Positions 1-10,071 of a stretch of DNA of 64,000 bases are shown in pieces. Made by a program: the position numbers and the translations under genes. Source of the stretch: Candidatus Nanohaloarchaea archaeon (GTDB lineage Archaea; Nanohalarchaeota; Nanosalinia; Nanosalinales; Nanosalinaceae). Location: contig JBLGBN010000001.1 in NCBI GenBank assembly GCA_047617745.1, forward strand, positions 1-64,000, in the 5' to 3' direction. The notes beneath the pieces were generated by a model that searched no databases, was not told the origin of the DNA, and worked only from the letters and a program-made list of their open reading frames with translations. Every line of letters starts with the position of its first letter. Position 1 is the first letter of the stretch.

Positions 1-118
1 AGTCACCCGAGTCAGGTTCAGACGAGCTCCTGGTTTTCCAGGGTCAAGTCTGAGCTTGGCAAGGGGGGCTAAGTCATAACAAGGTAGCCGTTGGGGAACC
101 ATCGGCTGGATCACCTCC
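1..118 (+). rRNA. rrs: 16S rRNA, 3' end (partial)
   Basis: AAGTCATAACAAGGTAGCCG..GGGGAACC..GGCTGGATCACCTCC: helix 44/45 and the anti-SD tail. Confidence 0.97.
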
Positions 119-287
119 AGAAAACTTTAGCTTCACCGGAAAATTGAAACCCCGGAGAAGCAAACTTTTCAAACCCTTTTCACAGGGTTTGAGCTCATCC
201 GTCTCTCCTACCTTACACTTACTTTTCACATAACCATTCTCCAGAAAATAGGAAACTAATTTCAATACCATCTCTAAACGTTGTAAC

Positions 288-596
288 ATGGAAATGTCGA
301 AAAGAAAGATTGCATCCGTTTTCATGCTGCTGATGATCCCTGGTTACATTCTAGCGGTTTTCTCACTGCCTGCAAACATATCGACCCAGTGCGAACCCAA
401 TGTAGATCCTGAAACCGGGGTAACTGATCAGGTCGGAGTTTGCACCGAGGTAAGCGCAACCATAATGAGGGAGTATTACTTCGGCACTCTGAGACTGCCG
501 GTACAGACATTAAGCCTGAACTTCGATCTGCTTAACAAGTCGTTTATACCAGTTTTACTGGTTTCCTCCGCTGTTCTCTGGCGTGAATATATTTAA
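288..596 (+). CDS. small membrane protein with two hydrophobic segments and a Cys pair
   Basis: ORF with N- and C-terminal hydrophobic stretches flanking a C-x16-C loop. Confidence 0.65.
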   Translation: MEMSKRKIASVFMLLMIPGYILAVFSLPANISTQCEPNVDPETGVTDQVGVCTEVSATIMREYYFGTLRLPVQTLSLNFDLLNKSFIPVLLVSSAVLWREYI

Positions 597-597
597 A
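588..597 (+). promoter_or_regulatory. TATA box for a leaderless gene starting at 622
   Basis: TATATTTAAA ~25 nt upstream of ATG 622. Confidence 0.55.
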
Positions 598-621
598 CCG
601 GCAATAGTATTGTTTACTTAT

Positions 622-1242
622 ATGGAAAACCCTATCGAATTTCTACAGAAAAGCGCACAAGGACAGCTTGTGGCTTTACTATCACTAGGACTTGTAGTCT
701 CATTCGGCGCAGGAGTAGCCCTTGACGACGGAGTAACACAGGACGAGACAGCCGCTCAGGACTCCAGCCAGTGGGAAGGAGTATACACTGTTGAAGTTGA
801 AAGAGACGGAGAAGTAGTTTACAGGGAAAAAGAACATAACGTACTGACCAACCAGGGACAGAACTGGATCCGGAGCCAGATTTCGGCCAACAACGGAATG
901 GGTAATGACGGCAACGAAGCACAGTACATTTCAGTTGGAAACACGTCAGCCCCTACAGCTACCGACACCGTTTTACCCGGAGAAATCCAAGACTTCAGCC
1001 TCTCACGAACCCAGGGCTCCACAACAGTCTTTGGCGACGGAGAGTTCCAGGTACAGAACACCTTCCAGGCAAGTCTGGGAGAGGACCAGCAGCTGATAGT
1101 CAACACAACAGGACTTAACTACGACAACACGGCAGGAGCAGACACACTGGTTTCAGGAGGAGAATTCCCTGACGCCAACCTGCTTGACGGAGACCAGCTG
1201 ACAGTTACCCACAACGTCACAATCAACGACGGCGGCAACTAA
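622..1242 (+). CDS. secreted/anchored protein resembling phage tail/fibre structural subunits
   Basis: N-terminal hydrophobic segment, then HNVLTNQG..YISVG..APTATDTVL..E..R..GL..F..L.DGDQLTVT..VTI, a pattern I recognise from phage minor tail/fibre proteins. Start moved to ATG 622 based on TATA spacing. Confidence 0.7.
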   Translation: MENPIEFLQKSAQGQLVALLSLGLVVSFGAGVALDDGVTQDETAAQDSSQWEGVYTVEVERDGEVVYREKEHNVLTNQGQNWIRSQISANNGMGNDGNEAQYISVGNTSAPTATDTVLPGEIQDFSLSRTQGSTTVFGDGEFQVQNTFQASLGEDQQLIVNTTGLNYDNTAGADTLVSGGEFPDANLLDGDQLTVTHNVTINDGGN

Positions 1243-1262
1243 AAGCTGAAGTCCTAAAAACC

Positions 1263-1280
1263 TCTTTTTTTCCTTCTATT
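1263..1280 (+). terminator. oligo-T archaeal terminator
   Basis: TCTTTTTTTCCTTCTATT just after the stop at 1242. Confidence 0.5.
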
Positions 1281-1370
1281 ATTCGTATCTATATCTTAGC
1301 TAGCCTGTTTCGACCTCAGTAGTTTCTACACCCTTTTTTAGCAGGCGCGAGAAGTTTATCTAATGGAGAG

Positions 1371-1405
1371 GTAGATAACTATCTACTATGTAGATAGTTA
1401 TCTAT
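1371..1405. promoter_or_regulatory. double palindrome (putative tandem operator or 5'UTR hairpin)
   Basis: GTAGATAACTATCTAC-TAT-GTAGATAGTTATCTAT; the arms are inverted copies and each arm is itself near-palindromic. Confidence 0.6.
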
Positions 1406-1429
1406 TTTCAGCACCGGTGAAAACAGAAG

Positions 1430-4400
1430 GTGCATAGAAAAACACACATACTCAAGGTAGTGCTAGCAGTTTCTTTAGCTCTAGCTATACCTTCTAACGC
1501 CTCCGCTGCCACAGAGACTATCACTGCCTGTGGATCCTCGGCCAACCAGCTTACAATACCCGCCGCTCAGACCATAAACATAACTATAGAAGGAGCAGGA
1601 GGAGCAGGAGGTGATTCAGCATCAGGGGGAGGAGGGGGATTAATCGAACTTGAATATCAGGCCTCAGATGATGAAATCTTAGAGCTGTATGCAGGATGCG
1701 GAGGAGTGAACAGCAACGGGGCAGGAGGAGCAGGATATGTAGCCGGTTCTCCTGGAGAAAATACAGATGGCACAACAGGAGGGGGAGGAGGTTCATCCGC
1801 AGTGCTTGGAGGAAACAACAATAAAATCGCTTCAGCAGGGGGTGGAGGAGGAGCAGGATATGGAGGAGGATTTCTAGGAATTGGTGCCGGAGCAGGAGGA
1901 GCAGGAGGAGGCGAAGGAAATACAGGAGGAGCAGGAGGAACAACCGATACCCCAGCAGGAGGTGACGGTTCTCCCATAATAAACCAGGGAACAGCAGTAA
2001 ATCAGCAAACAGGGGGAGGAGGGGGAGGAGGCGCATCAGGATCCGATGGATCTGACGGCCAGGTCGTAGTTGAATACAATATTCCGCCTACAGTGCGCTC
2101 CAACAAAACCTTCAACGGCACAGATCAGAACAATCTAGTGGAAAAAGAACAGTACGTCAGCTCCGACACGTTAACAGTCAGGAGCAATGTAACAGACCCT
2201 GACAGCGAGCTCGGAGAAATACTTCTTTCCATTAGAGATCCTACAGGAGATCTAACTCTAGACAACGCCTCCATGAGTCAGATAGACACGGTAAATATAG
2301 ACGGAGATTCAGGCGCAACGTTTGAAAGAGATTTCAACTTCCCTTACATCTTTCTGGGAGACTGGAGCTACACTATCTGGGCAAGCGATCAGCCAGGACT
2401 GCTGAACGATAGCCAGGGAAGCTTCGAGATGATAGATCTTACACCTCCAGAAACCAGGAATACTTTCCAGAACAGAACACTGATGACTATCCACAACACA
2501 GTTCTTCTTCAGGCAGAGGGATACGACAACTGGAATCTTTCACATGCTGTACTGGCAACCAACGAAACCGGTGAATGGGAGAACAAAACAGACAGTTACG
2601 GTTCTCCAAAGACGCCTTATACCTTCCAGACCTGGACAACCACAGGTTTCGCCTGGAAAAACAACAGCATGACCGGAAATAAATCTGTTCACTGGCGCGT
2701 CTGGTACAACGACATATCGGGCCAGCACTCTGTAACGGAGACAAACTCTTTCCGGGTCCGTGAGAACTTCAACTGGAAAGGAGTTGAATCTGAGGAAGTA
2801 GGATTCACACGTGAAAGCCCGAGAAGAGCAGCAAATGGAAGAACAATCAAGCAAGCGGTAGATGTCCAGAACATTCACACCAGATTAGTTGACTTGGGGA
2901 GAGTTAAGAACTCGATAATAGATATCAGGCAGGAGGCGGTCCGAAGCCAGGTAATCAAACCTGCGGTAGCGGAATCGATGAGCACAGCTCTAAGAAATGA
3001 TAGACTTTCTGATGGAGCACGGAACTTCATGACCGGTACGGCGTTCAGTAACCCTACAGCCCGGGTAAACAGTATTGGCAGAATCTTCAGCCAGGCAATA
3101 GCAATTGATACCGATTTCACAAGATACTTCACAGGTATGAGAAATCAGATAGAAGAGTACAGCGCAGAGGAAATCTCAGTAAGGCAACAGGATTTAAGCC
3201 GGGCGGCACCCGCCTCAATCATCTTCAACTCAGACATAACCAGAGAAGGAAACATCAACCGTATACTCTACGAAACCTTCACCGGTAACGAAAAAATATA
3301 CAGAAGCTTCACTGGAGACCGGGATCTCAACTCGGACCTGGAAGTTGGACAGACCTCTACCAGATCAGTATTCAGTTCAAGAAGCTTCAGCCAAACCATA
3401 GCCGGAGCAGAGACCGTAGAAAGTCTTTTCACCGGTTCCAGACTGGTTTCAGACCAGATTACATCTTCAGATACAACATTTAGAAGCCTTTCAAACCTTA
3501 GAACAGTAGCTGAATCAGCCGGTTTTACCGAAAACCGTTACACTTCTTCCAATCTGGCTAGACTATTCAGTCAGAGGATTAGCTCAGAACAGGCCGAAAC
3601 CAGGACAGCTCTAAACCTTCGAACATTGACCGAAGAAGTTAGCTCGGAAAACCAGGTAATAAGCGCTACCTCTGTCAGCAGAACAGTTCTGGAAACTACA
3701 GGCTTCCAGCAAAACCTAGTGACAGATAGCGTACTGCAGAGAGTATTTGAAAGCAGTTACAGCCCGGCCCTTAACGAATTGACCTATTTCTCAGGATCAA
3801 GAATAACAGAACAGATAATTGAAGCCGGAAATCTACAGAACCGTGAAACCTCTTCTTTCAGGCTTAACCAGGTTATCACCGGTTTTTCGGCGGATGAAAC
3901 CTCGGTATCAGCATTAGGCAGAATCCTCAACACAGATATACTCCAGACAGCAGAAACAGATAGATCGATTTTCTCAAGCAGAAACATACAGGAAACAGTA
4001 GAAGGACTAGAGAAATCGTATAGAACATCCTATTCACAGAGAGCTGTAACCGACGATTTAAAAGCAACAGATAGCCAGTCCCGGTTTTTAGAATCAGGCA
4101 GATTTATCGCCTCAAATATAGCCTTTGACGCAGTATCTGCACGAACAGCGACCAGCAGCAGATCTTTCAATCAGATCATAAACTACAACCAGATGCTTCT
4201 ATCAACATTTACCGGTGAAAGAAACCTCAACACAGATATAGAGGGAGAAGAAGACCTAGAAAGAAACACATTACAGGCTAGAACCAGAAATAACCTGATC
4301 TCTGGATCCTTCACCGGTTCAAGATCTCTTCTGAGCGCTCGACAGAGATCTCTCGGTATTACCGCTACAGACACTGTTTCAAGAGCTGCAGACACCGCAA

Positions 4401-7400
4401 GAATCGTAGCCGAAGCAACCGGGATACAGGCTGCGGCAGATCAGCAAATATTCAACATTAGACAGGTATCAGATATCTATAGCGGTAACGAAAACATCAA
4501 CACTTTCAATCTGCTGCAGAGAACCGAGAGTCTTTCTACCGGATACCTTGATCGGCAGTCTTCATCTTCTGAAATTTCCCGGCTCCAGACTACAGAGCTC
4601 GCCACAGGCATCAACACCCCTAGAAACATCGATATCCAGAGAATTCTCACCGACGCGTTCATCGCAGCACCAGATCAAACAGGGGCCAGACTACAGGTAA
4701 GAAAGATAATTGAGCAGTTTGGATTCACGGCAGATCCAGAAAGAAATAACCTGTTGAACCAGAGAACTATTTCAAGCAGTTTCAACTCGGCGTTAGAGGT
4801 GTCTATAAACTCGATGGTTTCCAGGCAGGAGGACACCGAACTCGGAATAGCTACCTCATCAGTTAGAGAAAGCCTTAACCTGAGAGCCTTCAGCCAGAGC
4901 ATAAATCCACAGAGCTTCACAGAAGCCGAAAGCCTGCTCGGAAGAACACAGAGTGAGGAAATTGCCTCAGAGGATAATCGATTCTCAACTTCAGATGTTC
5001 GCCGGAGAGTAATCGAAAGCACCTCAGTCGGGTTGATTCCGGCAAGAAATCTGGCTGTAACCAGAACCGAAAATTCTGGAATAGGTTACAGCAGCGTTGA
5101 ACAGCAGCTAACCGAGAGTATCCGAAATCAGATTCTGGCAGTGGCAACCTCGGACAATACACAGCGAACCAGTAGCACAGGCCGGACCGTTGCACAGATC
5201 CTGCCGCTTCAGCAAGCCGCGGATAGATCTCTACTCAGCCAGAGAACAGAAATATCGGTACTGACAGGACAGTTTGCAGAGACAGCGAGCACAAACATGT
5301 TAAGAGCAGTAATAGACTCCATAGGTCTGAACACTGAAACGGCCGCAAGATCCGCAGTTAACAGAGTAGTAGAGAATATAGTTGAGCTAAGCAGCGCGGA
5401 AAATAGAAACCTAGCTCAGCAGAGAGCCTTCAGTTCAGAAATCACTATAGCTGAAAACAGTATCTCGGCGCTGAGTATAAACCGCATGGTTTCAGCCACC
5501 CTTACTGGAGATACCTCTGTAGAGGGAACACCTTCCGCTGGAAGACAGGTCACCGAGATACTGACAGCAGGCACAGTTCCTGAAACTGCGTCAGGCATCT
5601 CCCGTACAACCTCAACAGGTATCCAGAACACAATACTGGGTGCAAGCACAGGACAGCTGCTTCGAAACCAGTTCGCCGAGCTCGGATTTAACAGCGATAC
5701 CAGCAACTCCATGGTTCTTAACCGGTTCATACAGGATGGTATCAGCATTACCGGAGCCTTCAGCCAGTCGGGATCACTTAACAGATTATTCAGCCAGGAG
5801 ACAGGACTAAACTTGGAAGCAACCGGTTCAGGTATGCTTCGGAGGGTGCAATCAACTTCGCTGAATGCTCAGACAGCAACAGAGCTTGGTTCAGATGTTT
5901 CCCGTTCAGTTTTACAGTCTTTCACAGGCACAAGCGAAGCCAGTAACTCGGTACTCGCCAGTAGATCTATTTCCGAAATTCTGGCATCCAGCGCCGGTCT
6001 GGACCGGAGAACAACACAGCAACGTACGGAGAGAACCCGGTTGTCAATCTCAGATAACATAATCTCCACAGGCATTTTCAGCAGAGTATTCTACCAGCGC
6101 GTGCAGCCGAATCTTGAGACTATAACCCGGACCAGAACACCCCGAGTTGTTTCAGATAGTTTATCGCTTAACGCCGACACTGAAGCTGCTCTGAATGTCT
6201 TCCGTGAAGATATACTGAACGTTAATGCCGGGCAGACTCGATCAGTTATCTCAATGCTGAACAGGTTTAACCAGGAAAGCATCTCCACTGAAAACAGCGT
6301 TCAAGTCAGTTCCAGTGTAGCACGTGCCGTCACAGAAACCCTGCTGATGAACTCAGACTCAAGTATTTACTCTCAGACGTTCAGACAGGTAACCGAAAAC
6401 GGAATATTTACAGATCAAACATCAGGCAGCGCAGTCTCAGCCCGGCTCGTCCTTCTGAATGTCGGAGCAGGTATAGATGAGACCGGTTCCGGTTTCTTCA
6501 GCCGGACAGTACAGGAGATGGCATACCTCCAAGATGAAAGAACAGGTTCGCCATCGATCGGCAGATACCTCAGTACAGTCCTGCAGATAGACAACCAGGC
6601 CCAAAGAGAATCTTCATCAGCAAGATCTGTTATCTTCGGTATAGAAAACTCTTTCACAGTATCCGGCTCAGGAAACTTACTAAGAGCAGTTGAGGAGAGC
6701 TTTTCCTCAGATGTAGGAAGCGAAGCTCTATCAAGCCTAAGCAGGAATATACAGCAAGACCTGAACACGGGAGAACAACAGCTCGTAACAACAGGGCTTG
6801 CACGGCTTACCTCCCAGCATATAACATCAGATATAGGCGCTGTTAGAAGTATTAACCTTGACAGAAGACTGGAAGAAACTCTTGGACTAGATAACACACT
6901 GTCAGCAAACAGCTTCCTCGGCAGAAACCTGAATCCGGAAATCCTTGCCACTGAATCCTCCGGAAGACAGCTAACCCTCAACGTGGTTCAGAGCCAACTT
7001 GTCGGACTGGAAAGCGTGCAGACAGGCGGCCGAACCGCACTGAGGGCTATAAGTGAGGAAGTACTTACCACAGAATCCACCGATCGTATAAACCAGGCGG
7101 CGGTAAGAACCGCAGAGCAAACCTTAACAGTTCAAACTCTGATCTCAGCCCAGGACTCTGGACTTAGAACCGTACTTCTTGACATAGAAACAGGTAACTC
7201 GCAGGGTAGAAACACTGTAACCCAGAGACTGCTCCAGACTGGATTCTCCGCAGCAACCGCTTTCAACACCGGGAGTATCCTGGAAAGGGCTATTGGAGCC
7301 AATATTAGATCAACGGCGTCAACTTTATCGGATCTACAGGTTTTCAGAAACCTGCAGCAGGAAATAGTAGCTAATAGCGGTAACAGTCGACAGCTGATGG

Positions 7401-9493
7401 CCGGGAGGTTCCTGGAGACAGAAACCAGTTTACAGGATTCTTTAAGCGGTCAACCGCTGGTTTCAAGACTGGTAGAGGATTACATCCAGACCAGCGACAG
7501 CCAAGACACTTCCCAGATAGCTGAAAGAAGCCTGAATGAAATCGCAGGATACACCGGTACAGTGGATAGATCAGCCGATATTTTCACGTTAATCAACCAG
7601 GGAGTCGGACCTGATATAAACAGCGTGACGAGTTCAAGGATCGGAAGAATATTCGGAACCAGTACAGGAGTGGAAAACCGACTAGCAACTGATTTAAGCC
7701 TTCAGCGGGTTCTTGTGTCCGGACTTGGCTTTGAGGATCAGCAGGAATCGAGCCCGCTGGTCTTCAGAACACTATCCAGTACTTTCAGTTTGGATAATTC
7801 CCCAGCTGCAACGCTGGACATAGAGAGAGGTATAGAGCAGCTACTGAGTCCTGTTACAGAGTCCGGATCCCGGCTCTCAGCAGGTAGAACCATTCTTTCC
7901 GAAATAGGAGCTACAGGATCGGAGAGAACCGGGCTACTCACCTCCAGAGCTACCTCGACAGCAGTAACTTACTCATCCGCCCTCAGCAGTCAGAGATCCG
8001 TACTTGCGCTGGTCTCGGAGAGCTTCCAGACAGGTGTCGACCCAGTTAGGTCTATATCAATCGGTAGAGCAGTAGGAGGTAGTATTGGTATACAGGATTC
8101 AGCTTTCCCTGACTTCAATCTCTTCCAGGTCGTAGTAGACACAGTTGTCGGTGTTGATGATACACCGGATAGAACAGTTTCTATCTCCCGTCAGATTTCC
8201 GAGGACTACGGGTTTGGCTGGTTCTTCGACAGCTTCATCTTCGGCGATGAGCCGCAGATACCTGAAGACCCTGATACAGGAGGCGAAGGTAGCGACGGGT
8301 CAACCGGTGGCGGCTTCCCAGCACCCCCTACAGAACCAGTAGCGCAGCCGGAACTCTCCTTCGCAGGTAACAGACTGACTGTAAAACTCGCTCCGGGAGA
8401 GACATCAACAGCCAGTGCAGAGCTCGAAAACACAGGTGAAGCCGAAGCCGATACCCGGCTTGAAGTAAGACGGATCAACATGGACACAGTCAATGCAATC
8501 CAGCTGCAGCAGACGAACTACACAATTGAAGCAGGCTCAGCAGTCGACCCTGTGATGAATATAACCGCCCCGGCATATCTTGAGGATGGAAATATTTCCA
8601 ACAGAGTACTTGAAAGATCGCTTTACGCCTCCGCCGGGAACTCTGAAGCAAGCATCCCTGTAAATGTTCTGATCGAGTCAGAGGAGAAGCAGTTGCTTGA
8701 TGTGCGGCTTGACCTCGAGGAAAATGAGATTACAGAGGGAGAAAGCGCAGACTACAGCTTTGAGATATTCAACCTAGGTGAAACCGGTAGAGTGGATATA
8801 GAGCTCTTCACCACAGTAACCAACAGCACAGGACATGTTATCCATGAGGAGAAGGAAGAGCTGGCAGTCCAGACCTCTGCTTCAGTTGCGAGAAACCTGG
8901 ATGTAGATCTCCCTCCAGGACAGTACAAGGTGAAGGTGGACGCCAGGTACGGGGATAAGGACGCCTCCTCATTCTCCACCTTGAGAGTTCAGGAGCCGAG
9001 CAGCAACTTTGGAAACGTGGCAGTGGCGCTCGGTATAGTCGGACTGATGATTCTGTCAGCGTTACTGGCAGTACTGGGATACAAGAAAGTAAGACTGCCT
9101 CGCGGTCTGTTTATCCGAGATCGACTGGCAGAGATCAGAGATTACGCCGAAAGCCACGAAATCGACTTCGAAAAACTTGCTAGAAAAGAGGAAGAAGATT
9201 CCGGTTACAGCCATGTTGACTTCAGTAACGATGACGACGATCTTGCAAAGAGAGAGTGGATACCATCTCCGGAAGATAAAGAGGAGTCAGAAAACACAGA
9301 GTCCGAAACATCGAAGAATAAATCTAATTCCAGTCAACACGAGAGATCGGAGGAGAACGATGGAAGACCAACCGTAGATATTTCAGATGTCGAAAAAGGT
9401 GAAACAAGCAGTAAAGATTCAGAGAGCGCTAGTCCAACAGAAGAAACGATAAAGGACATCCATAGAGATCTCAAGGAATCGCTAGAGGACTGA
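1430..9493 (+). CDS. giant membrane-anchored surface protein: signal peptide, Gly-rich domain, Ig-like domains, ~89 x 20-aa repeats, Ig-like domains, TM helix, acidic tail
   Basis: 2687-aa ORF; GGTGA SD before GTG; AxA-type signal peptide; GAGGAGG-rich domain; Arg every 20 aa; C-terminal TM VAVALGIVGLMILSALLAVLGY followed by KK. Confidence 0.9.
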   Translation: MHRKTHILKVVLAVSLALAIPSNASAATETITACGSSANQLTIPAAQTINITIEGAGGAGGDSASGGGGGLIELEYQASDDEILELYAGCGGVNSNGAGGAGYVAGSPGENTDGTTGGGGGSSAVLGGNNNKIASAGGGGGAGYGGGFLGIGAGAGGAGGGEGNTGGAGGTTDTPAGGDGSPIINQGTAVNQQTGGGGGGGASGSDGSDGQVVVEYNIPPTVRSNKTFNGTDQNNLVEKEQYVSSDTLTVRSNVTDPDSELGEILLSIRDPTGDLTLDNASMSQIDTVNIDGDSGATFERDFNFPYIFLGDWSYTIWASDQPGLLNDSQGSFEMIDLTPPETRNTFQNRTLMTIHNTVLLQAEGYDNWNLSHAVLATNETGEWENKTDSYGSPKTPYTFQTWTTTGFAWKNNSMTGNKSVHWRVWYNDISGQHSVTETNSFRVRENFNWKGVESEEVGFTRESPRRAANGRTIKQAVDVQNIHTRLVDLGRVKNSIIDIRQEAVRSQVIKPAVAESMSTALRNDRLSDGARNFMTGTAFSNPTARVNSIGRIFSQAIAIDTDFTRYFTGMRNQIEEYSAEEISVRQQDLSRAAPASIIFNSDITREGNINRILYETFTGNEKIYRSFTGDRDLNSDLEVGQTSTRSVFSSRSFSQTIAGAETVESLFTGSRLVSDQITSSDTTFRSLSNLRTVAESAGFTENRYTSSNLARLFSQRISSEQAETRTALNLRTLTEEVSSENQVISATSVSRTVLETTGFQQNLVTDSVLQRVFESSYSPALNELTYFSGSRITEQIIEAGNLQNRETSSFRLNQVITGFSADETSVSALGRILNTDILQTAETDRSIFSSRNIQETVEGLEKSYRTSYSQRAVTDDLKATDSQSRFLESGRFIASNIAFDAVSARTATSSRSFNQIINYNQMLLSTFTGERNLNTDIEGEEDLERNTLQARTRNNLISGSFTGSRSLLSARQRSLGITATDTVSRAADTARIVAEATGIQAAADQQIFNIRQVSDIYSGNENINTFNLLQRTESLSTGYLDRQSSSSEISRLQTTELATGINTPRNIDIQRILTDAFIAAPDQTGARLQVRKIIEQFGFTADPERNNLLNQRTISSSFNSALEVSINSMVSRQEDTELGIATSSVRESLNLRAFSQSINPQSFTEAESLLGRTQSEEIASEDNRFSTSDVRRRVIESTSVGLIPARNLAVTRTENSGIGYSSVEQQLTESIRNQILAVATSDNTQRTSSTGRTVAQILPLQQAADRSLLSQRTEISVLTGQFAETASTNMLRAVIDSIGLNTETAARSAVNRVVENIVELSSAENRNLAQQRAFSSEITIAENSISALSINRMVSATLTGDTSVEGTPSAGRQVTEILTAGTVPETASGISRTTSTGIQNTILGASTGQLLRNQFAELGFNSDTSNSMVLNRFIQDGISITGAFSQSGSLNRLFSQETGLNLEATGSGMLRRVQSTSLNAQTATELGSDVSRSVLQSFTGTSEASNSVLASRSISEILASSAGLDRRTTQQRTERTRLSISDNIISTGIFSRVFYQRVQPNLETITRTRTPRVVSDSLSLNADTEAALNVFREDILNVNAGQTRSVISMLNRFNQESISTENSVQVSSSVARAVTETLLMNSDSSIYSQTFRQVTENGIFTDQTSGSAVSARLVLLNVGAGIDETGSGFFSRTVQEMAYLQDERTGSPSIGRYLSTVLQIDNQAQRESSSARSVIFGIENSFTVSGSGNLLRAVEESFSSDVGSEALSSLSRNIQQDLNTGEQQLVTTGLARLTSQHITSDIGAVRSINLDRRLEETLGLDNTLSANSFLGRNLNPEILATESSGRQLTLNVVQSQLVGLESVQTGGRTALRAISEEVLTTESTDRINQAAVRTAEQTLTVQTLISAQDSGLRTVLLDIETGNSQGRNTVTQRLLQTGFSAATAFNTGSILERAIGANIRSTASTLSDLQVFRNLQQEIVANSGNSRQLMAGRFLETETSLQDSLSGQPLVSRLVEDYIQTSDSQDTSQIAERSLNEIAGYTGTVDRSADIFTLINQGVGPDINSVTSSRIGRIFGTSTGVENRLATDLSLQRVLVSGLGFEDQQESSPLVFRTLSSTFSLDNSPAATLDIERGIEQLLSPVTESGSRLSAGRTILSEIGATGSERTGLLTSRATSTAVTYSSALSSQRSVLALVSESFQTGVDPVRSISIGRAVGGSIGIQDSAFPDFNLFQVVVDTVVGVDDTPDRTVSISRQISEDYGFGWFFDSFIFGDEPQIPEDPDTGGEGSDGSTGGGFPAPPTEPVAQPELSFAGNRLTVKLAPGETSTASAELENTGEAEADTRLEVRRINMDTVNAIQLQQTNYTIEAGSAVDPVMNITAPAYLEDGNISNRVLERSLYASAGNSEASIPVNVLIESEEKQLLDVRLDLEENEITEGESADYSFEIFNLGETGRVDIELFTTVTNSTGHVIHEEKEELAVQTSASVARNLDVDLPPGQYKVKVDARYGDKDASSFSTLRVQEPSSNFGNVAVALGIVGLMILSALLAVLGYKKVRLPRGLFIRDRLAEIRDYAESHEIDFEKLARKEEEDSGYSHVDFSNDDDDLAKREWIPSPEDKEESENTESETSKNKSNSSQHERSEENDGRPTVDISDVEKGETSSKDSESASPTEETIKDIHRDLKESLED
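2840..8200 (+). repeat. degenerate 60-nt / 20-aa tandem coding repeat, ~89 units
   Basis: e.g. RTVAESAGFTENRYTSSNLA/RLFSQRISSEQAETRTALNL/RTLTEEVSSENQVISATSVS; first Arg codon at 2840, last at 8189 (5349 nt, ~89 periods). Confidence 0.85.
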
Positions 9494-9543
9494 AGGATTC
9501 AAGCCAGTACAGATTTAAACGTAGAGATGTTAAAAAACATTAA

Positions 9544-9957
9544 ATGGTTAAAGGCCTTCGGAAACCGGATTCAATACTTGTTGTTTTCATACTGTTTCTT
9601 GCAGTTCTTACAGGCGTGATACAGCAGTTCACAGAGATCCAGATAATTATAAGTTACGTTGAGCTGGCAGGTCCTCTTGCCTTTCTGGCAGCCGTCAGTG
9701 TGCTCTACAAAATCTCTATGGAGTGGGACAGCAAGCTGGCAGCACATGTCAAAGTAATCTGTATCGGAGGAGCATTTTTCACATTTGGCTGGATTCACAG
9801 ACTTCTCACAGGTTATCTGGACCTGGGAAGATTCTTCGGAGGTTACACAGATTTCGTTGAAGCCTTCTTCGCCTCCCTCGCCGTAGGAGGAACCGTACTT
9901 GTCGCATACGGCTTCTTCATTCTCAGAGAGGAAGGAAAAAAGACGGACTACCATTAA
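9544..9957 (+). CDS. hypothetical membrane protein (~4 TM)
   Basis: four hydrophobic segments; TTTAAA upstream. Confidence 0.75.
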   Translation: MVKGLRKPDSILVVFILFLAVLTGVIQQFTEIQIIISYVELAGPLAFLAAVSVLYKISMEWDSKLAAHVKVICIGGAFFTFGWIHRLLTGYLDLGRFFGGYTDFVEAFFASLAVGGTVLVAYGFFILREEGKKTDYH

Positions 9958-10071
9958 GTTTTCATATCTAAAATGTAGAGAAGGTAACTCTAAGATTTAA
10001 TGGATTCACAGGATACGTCTACCCAATTCCACACTTTCCGTCCTTTGATGTAAAGTGAACTTAGGTAATCA

